A stretch of DNA of 63,663 bases, the filler included. It is 13 parts of 13 records of this genome, joined end to end, with 100 filler letters (N's around TTAATTAATTAA, not from the genome) between each part and the next. Parts side by side here need not be neighbours in the genome. Positions count along the whole stretch, not along the records: positions 20,250 to 23,360 come from SRR15195285_3814; positions 23,461 to 31,631 come from SRR15195285_3815; positions 31,732 to 36,082 come from SRR15195285_3817; 10 more parts are not named here. One strand, given 5' to 3'. This document shows positions 23,201 through 31,733 of this stretch, piece by piece. The translations under genes were made by a program, and so were the position numbers. The notes beneath the pieces were generated by a model. That model was not told where the DNA came from. It made no database searches and worked only from the letters and a program-made list of their open reading frames with translations. Numbering within the stretch: position 1 is the first letter of the stretch; each line of letters starts with the position of its first letter.

Positions 23201-23360
23201 CAGTCGGCGGTCTGCTGTGCGGTGGGCTGGTTGAGTCGGGCACCGTGTTGGACGAGACATACATTTGGGTGGACGGCCTCGGCGACGACTGGATGACGTA
23301 CGCTGACGCCAAGGAGCTGCTGCCGTCGGAAGCCGAGTGTCGGGCGGCCATTGAGGCGGA
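20250..23360. repeat. 30-nt terminal direct repeat AGCCGAGTGTCGGGCGGCCATTGAGGCGGA (20250-20279 and 23331-23360)
   Basis: Exact match between the contig's first and last 30 nt. Offset is 3081 nt. Confidence 0.95.
20251..23360 (+). CDS. Repeat unit of a cNMP/Ca2+ sensor protein: IQ-cNMP-cNMP-IQ-cNMP-(GYF_2 with EF pair)x2; open at both ends
   Basis: cNMP motifs GDAMYFI, GDSLFVI..FFGERAL..PRGATV and YFGEISL..PRGATV. IQ motifs IQSVARG and IQAIARG. EF loops DADGSGSLDRSE, DSDGNGEISFEE, DVDQSGNLDRDE, DKNKDGEIDFNE. Confidence 0.9.
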
Positions 23361-23687
23361 NNNNNNNNNNNNNNNNNNNNNNNNNNNNNNNNNNNNNNNN
23401 NNNNTTAATTAATTAANNNNNNNNNNNNNNNNNNNNNNNNNNNNNNNNNNNNNNNNNNNNGCCCTCTAACGGCCCCAACAGGGGCAGATCTAATCAGTTC
23501 TAACCCAGGTAGGGGCAGTTTGAGGGGTGGGGATCTAAAGGGTAGAAGTAGGAAAGGGATGGATCTGGCTGCGCCGGAACCACCCTTTTCCCTACTACTG
23601 ACGACGTGTACGCACGAACTCGTGCCTTAATAATTATAGCCGTTCAATTGGACACACCAGCTTAATGTAGCACTATCTCAACAAATG

Positions 23688-26600
23688 TCACATATCTTGG
23701 CAACATGCCACGCACAAGTCAAAATCACACCGGCGACATTCACGGCTTTGCTCGCCAGCACCAATTTTCGATCGGCAAACATCGCACGATATCGATGAGT
23801 GCTTTTTCACAGTCACCAGTCTCAGCCCATGGCCTCCAGGGCAGTTGATTGCGCCCTCGCCACTGTCGGCTGAAGACTCATCGCTCTCGTTGTCGCTGTC
23901 ATCGTATCCCTCTTCGCTGCAATGATCCTCTCCAAGCTCGTCAAGAAAGTCTGTGGGAATCGGTACCTCGTCGTCGCGCATTTGTGCAACCATGTCGAGC
24001 ACCGAGACGTCGTACGCGTTGCTGAGGGATGGGTCTGCACCACGCGCCAGCAACCGCTTGGCTGCATGGAAACTCTTTGAGCGCACTGCGATGTGAAGCG
24101 GCGTATCGCCCAGCACGCCCATGTTTAGTATCGGATGTACATCCAACACTCTTTCGACGCCGTCCATTCGGCGGTCAAAAACTTTGACGCCATGCGTGAC
24201 GCCACTTACATGGTCCCATTCATCCTTGCACACACTGAGCGTTTCCGTGTCGCCTTCCAAGCCGGAGATGATCCGTCGACTTGCTGCAAATGATGAGCTG
24301 TCTAAGCACACACGCAAGAGCGCAATAACTCTTTCACCGTCCAACTGCTTGTCGAGATCGTGCGCACATTCACTCGCCAACAAACGCTCGAGCATCGACA
24401 GGCCAACATCACAATTCATCGTGTTGCACGCAGACAGGAACAGAGCATGATTAGCGCCCGCGGAAAAGCAAGCGTTATCTGTGATCAGGAGTGACAAGCC
24501 TGGATGGAAGTGATTCACGCGCTCAACCAAAGCTGGAATCGACGGATCGGGCTCAAACTCAAACTGTAGATTGTCTGGTTTCCAACGTTGCAATCCGCAG
24601 ATGCAGTTGTTGCGTAAGTCCAATCTTGTTAGCTTGCTCGCTGAGGATGGTGTTATGGTCTCAGACGACACTGGCTCGGGATCAATTGGATGCGCATCAC
24701 GTGCGTCAATCACAAGTTTCGCCAAAGCAACGCCAGCTTCTGTGGCAGTACCAGTCTTGGAGAGTAGCTTTTGCAATCTTTCGGGGGTCAACTCCATCAA
24801 ATCTTCCCCATCTGTGCAGTTGTCTTGAAACGCAGCTCGCACGGAAGCCACGGAATTGGGAGGGAGCAGAATTGAGTCGACCCACTCCAAAATTTGCTGT
24901 GCAGTCCAATCTGTCATGCTTTGCGCAACTTCAGGCTCTGGCGTTGTGTTTGGCTCTTGAAAGTCACAGAGTGGTACAATTGACGGGTTGACAAATACCG
25001 TGTGACCGCCCCAATTGACGTCACAACATCCAGTGACGAGCGTTAGGTGTGTCACGCTACTGATGTCAACCTCGCATTGTTCTAATGAATACACGTCGTC
25101 GATTTTTTTCGACGTCCACAGCACATTCCCATCGCCAATAACTTCAAACATGAACCCACGAAGTACGTCCCTGACATCACCATTGACTGCCACGGACATT
25201 CGCAGCAATGAGTCGCGAAATCTTGAAGTGTCAAATGTAACAGACCCAGGTGCATGCAGTGAAATACTGCGATTGTACTGGGCCACATCGAGACGTTTGA
25301 TTTTGACCTTCTGATTTTCATAGCCTAGGTCTAGGTTGCGGCCAAGTGCTCCAAAAGTTGTGTCCACTGCCAACTCTGCTTCGTCAGCTAAATGCACAGG
25401 ACCCTTCGGTTGCACAGCTGGTGCGAAACCGTTCAAAAGGGCCTTAGCACCCGTTGGCCCAATGTCACAGTCCTGTAGAGAGAGCTCAGACAGCAGCTCA
25501 CAACACGGTAGGCCAGCAGCAATCACCACAGCTCCACGATTACCTAGAGGATTGAAGTCTAGATTAATGCTGGTCAAATGAGACCAGGTCCGTGCAACTA
25601 CACATGCGGTGGCAATCATGGTGTGATCATCGTCCAGTCTGCGTAGCTGCAGCGTCTGCGTTGTTGGTCTGATATATTGAAACCCATTGAACGTGAAGTT
25701 CGGCGCATCATGATTTTCAAGCAAATGAGCAAGAGAACCAAATTCCAGCAGATTTCCTCTCAAATCAAGACTTTCCAGGAGCTTGCACTGTTTTGCAGCC
25801 ATGCAAATCGCAACTGCAACACGCTGCGACATACGTGATTCACGCAGATCCACGAACTCTACATGAGCAGCGCTGGGCAGTGCGCGAGCAAAGTTCAAGC
25901 CTACAATGTCCGAGAATTCACCGTCGTCAGACTCTTTCATGAACTCTGTCCGTTTTAGATCGATCACGCGCAGCGTTTCGCAGAAATACCGGTGGCAACA
26001 CAGTGACGTAGCAAAAACAGCCGCAGAGATGGACGCTTCCCGCGCGTGTAGCTCAGCACGTTCGGTTTCTACCAAGTGTTTGACTTGCATGGTCGTCGAG
26101 TTAATATCTCCCCGTCCAGAAAATGTGACTGATGCCAACGAACAACTAAACTCGATGCAGTGTACGAGCGCATGGGCTTCGACCGTGGTGAGCATAAACC
26201 CAGCCAAATTGACGTCCACGATCTTATCTTGAAGCAATGCTACGACAGGTATCACACCGAGTTTACCGGGGGCCTCATGAAAGATAACGCTTGCTGTCAC
26301 TGCATCCATGCAGACCTGGTAGTCTTTACTAAACTTGTTCATTGCTCTCGGGTTGATTTCTTTTGTGGAAGCATCAGTGCTATCCATCAGAGTGAAAAGA
26401 GCTCGAGCACCGAAGAAATCGCAAAACTTGGCCAGTTGAGCGAAAGTCTCTTCATGCAACGCGCCATCTTTCATAGGAAGTCGGGACACAAGGGCAGTGA
26501 GGCCTGCATCAAGTTTGGAAGCATCTGAACTGTATCCCAGCCGCCGGAAGGCACGGACGAAAAATACCACTCCAGTGCGACCAACAATGTCGAGACCTAC

Positions 26601-29600
26601 AGAATCTACAATGCACTCAGCCTGACTGCGGCGATCTTTATCGCGTAGCAACTGTTGGTATGCTTGTTCCTTTCGAAACCAGACTGTATCTACTACATGT
26701 GAGCTGTCAAAGTCATCCATCTGTGCAACCATTTCAACAGTTCTCGCACAACCAACGTGCAAGCCATACCGATTGGTAGCTTGGTCACGCAGTGACGTAT
26801 GAGCAAATCGAAGAATGTGGTTGTCATCCCGCGACACGTACATTTCAAGGTGCGAGTACACTTCAGCGGGGAGCTGCTTCGACAAGAACCTGTGAAGCGT
26901 TTCGTCCACTCCATCATGGCATAGAAGCAAAGGCAGAAAGAATACTTCGGCATTATTATGTCCACATGTTGACTCCAGCGCACCGAGCAGACCAGCTGAG
27001 CCCACATCAACGTCATCCAAGCACTCGGCAATCAAATCAGCCACACGACCAGCTGCCGCGTCTCCCGGTACTTGATCCACAGCTTTTGATAATTTGTCTA
27101 GCGTTTTATCTGCTCTTGCAAAGTCGCGAGAATGCACAGAGTAGAAGAACTCGTCCCAGCAGCCTCTACGACTTCTTATCGTAGAGAAGTAATCAGCCAT
27201 CTCTACGTATAGCAGCTTTGCTCGAGCAGAATTTCGCAGCCGGTATCGTGCCTTACATTCGGCTGCCAGCTGATCGTGGAAGAACTGCAGCAGGCCGAAG
27301 CCGCCACCAGCCGTCAAAAACACACCAAGTGCTTCACGGATCCGGCTGAAGCTGCTGATCTGATCCTGTTTCCACGCGTGAGCCTCGCAAAGATCGTGCA
27401 TCGCTGCTGAAGATAGTCCACTCCTAGACAGAACAATTGCGGACAGACAAAATTCCACTAGCTCTGCACCATGGTCTTGCTCCAGTGTCGACAAGAGGTG
27501 ACGGAACAGGGTTCGAGCTGTGCCCGGGAGTGTGTGCGTCATGAAAGTCGTTAGGTTTTCGTAGATGCCGTATCGTCGAAGCTGTTCGCACGCAGCCACC
27601 AAAAATAAAGGGGATGAAGCCTGTTCCATGTCCAATAGTATGCCCATCTGATCACCTAAGAGAGCGTCCTCTGGGTCTTCACACAGCTCTTTGTGGTATA
27701 CACCAAGGCATTTCTTGACAAGTTGTCTACAATGCTCATAGTCTAGAGGTGTGACTTCCAACTCTTGACGATTCAGTCGTGAGAGCCTTCTGCGTAAACT
27801 TTGAAGGCAATTGCGCTCATACTCTAGCATACTAACCACAACTTTCACTCCTCGTGGCAGCCGTTTTGGTAACCAACGCATACTCCATGCATCTCCCACC
27901 CTTCGCAGCTGGTTGACTGCATCAATCACAATGATAACAGGTTTGCCACTGTGCTCGAAAACTTGTCTGGCCAAGATTGCCCAGAGCGACGACAATTCAG
28001 CAGTAGTCAACGCCTCACTGAAGTGTTCACCGGCCGGAAGCAAAAATGCCAGCTCTGAGCAGAGCCGGAGAAGCATGAACCGCAGATTGACTGATGTAGG
28101 TGAGCTGCCCACAACGTGATAAATTACTTGCTGATGTTTGTCAACAAGCTGACGAATGAACGTTGCCATCAGTGCACTCTTTCCACAGCCAGGCTTGCCA
28201 TGAACAGCCAGCAACCCGCGTGGATTCTGTAGGCTGCAGAACGACTGCATCTTGTCGAGCAAGGAGTTTCGACCAAAGAGCATCCGGCTCCTATCTTCAA
28301 CTGCGAGTAAATGAGGCAGTTGTTCAGCTTTTCGGCCATCTGGCTGCGACAGGGGTTTGTATTCGCGTTGTATCATTTCCTTCAGCTTGTTCAGTACCAG
28401 GCTCTCGAATCGCTTTTTGCACGCATCCTGTTTCATGGTGCGACCATAACCTACCCTCGCGCCAGCTATTTGCTTGTCATAACCGGTTGCTCCATCTCCA
28501 GCGTAGTCTGCACAAATGACGTGGGAAGAAGCTCGCAACCCGTTGTCAATTTCGCCCTTATCGCGGATGATAGCAAGCACTGCGTCGTCGTTCTTGGCAA
28601 CCGTGTACAAGTGGCGTTGGCTGCTGAAAGCTGCCTCACTGATGGGCGATACGTGCTCACGCTCAAAGATCCAGCGCCACTCAGGGTCGACGTGTTTCTC
28701 AAATGCCGAGTCTCGGAAGAGACTGAGACAATGCGCAGGACCCGGAAAATCTGGTGGGTACTGCAGGCAGCCATGCAGAACTTCTATAGACGTAATAGGC
28801 AGCTGTAGGCCTTGGTCCTGTAGATGATTGATCCATTTGACACTTCCAGGCTCATCAAACCTGTCTGCTGAGTCTAGCTCGTCTTGAATTGATCCGATTC
28901 TAGAAGTCCGAAAACAGATCATCCAGGGTTTGCCCTCTCCGTTTGGTCGGCAATGGTTAATTAGGTTGACACAAGTCGCTTGAATTTTAACATCTTGCCC
29001 TCCTATACCCCATCGAAGATCTTCTACTTCAAACTTGATCCAATATGACTCACGCGCCAGCCACTCGTTGAGTTCCGGGATTACTTTCTTGATCACAATG
29101 TCTCGTTCCGAATGAGTATCAGTGAACGTGCTGCTCAAAAAAAGTCTAATGATCGTCCACCTCCCCGGCTCACGTATCGTTTTTGGGTCTGCAAGACTTC
29201 CACCAGCCTCAACATGCTGTGTGCCCATGGAGTCCCAGAGACGAGACACCCACCCAATCTTCCTGTCAACTATTGCAGACGCAATCGTGTGATCTGCTGC
29301 GTCTGGTTTCGTCAGTTTGTACTGAAACCACTGAGACTCGCGATGCGAGGATAAAGCAACACCCGTCCAACTTGATTCTTCCTCACCCAGTCCTGTAAGC
29401 TGGTTGCTGCTCACGGACGATGCTGATGACAAAGATGTCTGGAGCCCGTGACTCATTGCATTCCCATGGTCCTGATCTTCTGGTACTTTTATTGTGTGGA
29501 TCACTGGGGACGGTGCGCGAAGCTTTGCAATGATGGCTTGACAGTCGGCCAGCTGTTGCTGTACTGCAGCACATTCCTGGCATTCTTCTCCAAAGTCTTT

Positions 29601-31385
29601 CCTTTCAATTGGCGGTGTTGATGATGTCTTGTCCTGCGTTGCACTAGCCAACGCAACGTGGTGCTGCTTCAGCTGCCGTTCTTGGGAGACCCATGAGCCT
29701 CTGTTGATAGCGCGCAAGTCGTTCATACATCGTGCAAATGCCTCTTCATGTTTTGCAAGTTCGCGTGTATCCACCGGATCTACGCTGCTGAGTTGAAACC
29801 CAAGAGCTTTCGGAGGATACTCGCCACCGCACCACAGAGCCGTAATTGGCTTGCCTTTGTTATTGGCGTGATCAAATTCGCGTTTTGTCCACAAGCTGCC
29901 GAGCTTTTCGTCCGTCGTTGCATACGTGGGAGAGATAAGCGCGACAAAAAGCTTGCAGCCGTCGATGGCGGCGTTCAGCTCAGCAGTCCAGTCTCCACCC
30001 CCCTGCAGTTCGCTCTCGCCCACATATGCCACGACTCCTTCGTCTGCGAACTTCCGACGCAGCCACTGGACAAATGTCGCTGTCTCGGTGATTCGATAAG
30101 ACAAAAACACTTCTGCAACGCCAGATACTTGCTTTTCCATCAGGAAGAAGTTCAACCGCTCAACAAGCTCAGCCAACCAATCGTCCCTGCTGCGAGGGAT
30201 CCACCCTTCCCACCCACAACTCTCGCGTGCGTCGATGAACTGAGTGGTCGAGAGGACAATTGAAACGCCGCCACGCGGCGGATAACTGTCTCCAGCCAAA
30301 AATAGTGGGACAACGCACGGTGGGCTGCGAGTGCCTCTGCCCTTGCCTGCGACCGCGAAGCTGAATTGTTTGCTAGTGCTGCTACCCTGCCGTCCATACG
30401 CTGTGGCTGCATCTCCTGTTGAAACAACTGGTACTAAAATCTTGCACTTGCCAGACGTCTCAGATCCAAGCTCGCAATATGGGAGAGGAAGACCATGCCG
30501 GACGAGGTCAAAGGCAAGATCCCGAACAAACGCTGACGCCACCTGCTCGTAGCTGATGCATACACCGTCGAGCGTGTCTGTGAGCTGATGCCACTCAGGT
30601 TCCTTTTCAACCAGCTCCCAGTAGAAGCGAAAGTACTCTCGATCGTTGGTCTTGCAAGTAGCTCTCATGCCATCGACGATCGACGTCACCGTGAGCTCGA
30701 GTAGTATCCACTCCCGTGCTCGTGCTGGCTCCTTCAGCATTGCTTTTTGGCACGCTTCCACTACGTCGCCGTGAGCCTCTGCCTTCAGCGCTTCTTTGGC
30801 GGCCTGGAGATGCGGTATTGTGGAGATGATCCCATCAAGCACACTCAGAGCTTCGGCGTGGCCTCGATCCTCGGCAATCTGCCTCGCAGTACGCCCGTTG
30901 TTGTCACGCCTATCTCCACCACAGCCGGCTCGAACAAGCTCGATGATGCAGCTGGTTGCGCCGTGGTGGCATGCGACGTGCAACGCCGTGAAGCCGGATG
31001 GGTCGCAAGAGTCCACAGATGCGCCATGCTTCAGCAGCAACTGCAGTGCACGCGCATCAGTCCGCGTGGCTGCTGCATGAATCGGGCGGACGAGCGCTGC
31101 TTCAACGTCAGCACAGCCATCCGCACTAACCGTCTCGAGGCGAGCGACCATTCCTCCGACGTCACCACTCCAACTAGCCCGCAGCAGGGGATAGTCCACG
31201 TCGCTCTTCACTCGCGCGCCGACGCTCTTGCGAGCCACTCTCGCAGCTATCCCTTCATCTTCCGTCCCACGCCCTGGCATAACTTGCATGCGTGCCAGAT
31301 GCACACAGTGTAAACGCAAATCAATCAATGTACAGTGGAGCCGTAGCCTCCTGTCCCTGCCCCGCGCCCACCTTCCCACACTCAA
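23688..31385 (-). CDS. NLR/STAND-like giant protein: Ank-TIR-DUF4062-NACHT-WHx2-LRR[NPCBM,SAM]-Ank-Zn finger (true start probably a Met near 31290)
   Basis: Ank GFTALHVAC. TIR VFLSYR..LISPTY..WTKREF. DUF4062 IRLFLSSTFTDTHSERD..DLRWGI. P-loop GKPGCGKS. Walker B IVIDAVNQ. LRR LSELSLQDCDIGPTGAKAL. C-terminal CDVC..CRRCDFDLC. Confidence 0.88.
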   Translation of the reverse strand: MSVGRWARGRDRRLRLHCTLIDLRLHCVHLARMQVMPGRGTEDEGIAARVARKSVGARVKSDVDYPLLRASWSGDVGGMVARLETVSADGCADVEAALVRPIHAAATRTDARALQLLLKHGASVDSCDPSGFTALHVACHHGATSCIIELVRAGCGGDRRDNNGRTARQIAEDRGHAEALSVLDGIISTIPHLQAAKEALKAEAHGDVVEACQKAMLKEPARAREWILLELTVTSIVDGMRATCKTNDREYFRFYWELVEKEPEWHQLTDTLDGVCISYEQVASAFVRDLAFDLVRHGLPLPYCELGSETSGKCKILVPVVSTGDAATAYGRQGSSTSKQFSFAVAGKGRGTRSPPCVVPLFLAGDSYPPRGGVSIVLSTTQFIDARESCGWEGWIPRSRDDWLAELVERLNFFLMEKQVSGVAEVFLSYRITETATFVQWLRRKFADEGVVAYVGESELQGGGDWTAELNAAIDGCKLFVALISPTYATTDEKLGSLWTKREFDHANNKGKPITALWCGGEYPPKALGFQLSSVDPVDTRELAKHEEAFARCMNDLRAINRGSWVSQERQLKQHHVALASATQDKTSSTPPIERKDFGEECQECAAVQQQLADCQAIIAKLRAPSPVIHTIKVPEDQDHGNAMSHGLQTSLSSASSVSSNQLTGLGEEESSWTGVALSSHRESQWFQYKLTKPDAADHTIASAIVDRKIGWVSRLWDSMGTQHVEAGGSLADPKTIREPGRWTIIRLFLSSTFTDTHSERDIVIKKVIPELNEWLARESYWIKFEVEDLRWGIGGQDVKIQATCVNLINHCRPNGEGKPWMICFRTSRIGSIQDELDSADRFDEPGSVKWINHLQDQGLQLPITSIEVLHGCLQYPPDFPGPAHCLSLFRDSAFEKHVDPEWRWIFEREHVSPISEAAFSSQRHLYTVAKNDDAVLAIIRDKGEIDNGLRASSHVICADYAGDGATGYDKQIAGARVGYGRTMKQDACKKRFESLVLNKLKEMIQREYKPLSQPDGRKAEQLPHLLAVEDRSRMLFGRNSLLDKMQSFCSLQNPRGLLAVHGKPGCGKSALMATFIRQLVDKHQQVIYHVVGSSPTSVNLRFMLLRLCSELAFLLPAGEHFSEALTTAELSSLWAILARQVFEHSGKPVIIVIDAVNQLRRVGDAWSMRWLPKRLPRGVKVVVSMLEYERNCLQSLRRRLSRLNRQELEVTPLDYEHCRQLVKKCLGVYHKELCEDPEDALLGDQMGILLDMEQASSPLFLVAACEQLRRYGIYENLTTFMTHTLPGTARTLFRHLLSTLEQDHGAELVEFCLSAIVLSRSGLSSAAMHDLCEAHAWKQDQISSFSRIREALGVFLTAGGGFGLLQFFHDQLAAECKARYRLRNSARAKLLYVEMADYFSTIRSRRGCWDEFFYSVHSRDFARADKTLDKLSKAVDQVPGDAAAGRVADLIAECLDDVDVGSAGLLGALESTCGHNNAEVFFLPLLLCHDGVDETLHRFLSKQLPAEVYSHLEMYVSRDDNHILRFAHTSLRDQATNRYGLHVGCARTVEMVAQMDDFDSSHVVDTVWFRKEQAYQQLLRDKDRRSQAECIVDSVGLDIVGRTGVVFFVRAFRRLGYSSDASKLDAGLTALVSRLPMKDGALHEETFAQLAKFCDFFGARALFTLMDSTDASTKEINPRAMNKFSKDYQVCMDAVTASVIFHEAPGKLGVIPVVALLQDKIVDVNLAGFMLTTVEAHALVHCIEFSCSLASVTFSGRGDINSTTMQVKHLVETERAELHAREASISAAVFATSLCCHRYFCETLRVIDLKRTEFMKESDDGEFSDIVGLNFARALPSAAHVEFVDLRESRMSQRVAVAICMAAKQCKLLESLDLRGNLLEFGSLAHLLENHDAPNFTFNGFQYIRPTTQTLQLRRLDDDHTMIATACVVARTWSHLTSINLDFNPLGNRGAVVIAAGLPCCELLSELSLQDCDIGPTGAKALLNGFAPAVQPKGPVHLADEAELAVDTTFGALGRNLDLGYENQKVKIKRLDVAQYNRSISLHAPGSVTFDTSRFRDSLLRMSVAVNGDVRDVLRGFMFEVIGDGNVLWTSKKIDDVYSLEQCEVDISSVTHLTLVTGCCDVNWGGHTVFVNPSIVPLCDFQEPNTTPEPEVAQSMTDWTAQQILEWVDSILLPPNSVASVRAAFQDNCTDGEDLMELTPERLQKLLSKTGTATEAGVALAKLVIDARDAHPIDPEPVSSETITPSSASKLTRLDLRNNCICGLQRWKPDNLQFEFEPDPSIPALVERVNHFHPGLSLLITDNACFSAGANHALFLSACNTMNCDVGLSMLERLLASECAHDLDKQLDGERVIALLRVCLDSSSFAASRRIISGLEGDTETLSVCKDEWDHVSGVTHGVKVFDRRMDGVERVLDVHPILNMGVLGDTPLHIAVRSKSFHAAKRLLARGADPSLSNAYDVSVLDMVAQMRDDEVPIPTDFLDELGEDHCSEEGYDDSDNESDESSADSGEGAINCPGGHGLRLVTVKKHSSISCDVCRSKIGAGEQSRECRRCDFDLCVACCQDM

Positions 31386-31733
31386 CTGTGCCCGCTGCGA
31401 TGCGCCGGCCTTGACCTATGATAAAGCGCTAGTGGCTAACGCAGACCCGGCGGAGTCGGCGGCGCAACGTTGAGGGGTCGGACCGTCTCCCCGCTTTAAC
31501 ACGTCCCCCCCGCACACCGACACGCACACGAAGTGCGTGCTCAGGACGACCGACGTCGACGCCAATCGCCGCGGCGCACCCTGAGTCAACGTCTGTCACA
31601 AGGACTCGTACAATCATATTGTACCGAATTCNNNNNNNNNNNNNNNNNNNNNNNNNNNNNNNNNNNNNNNNNNNNTTAATTAATTAANNNNNNNNNNNNN
31701 NNNNNNNNNNNNNNNNNNNNNNNNNNNNNNNGG

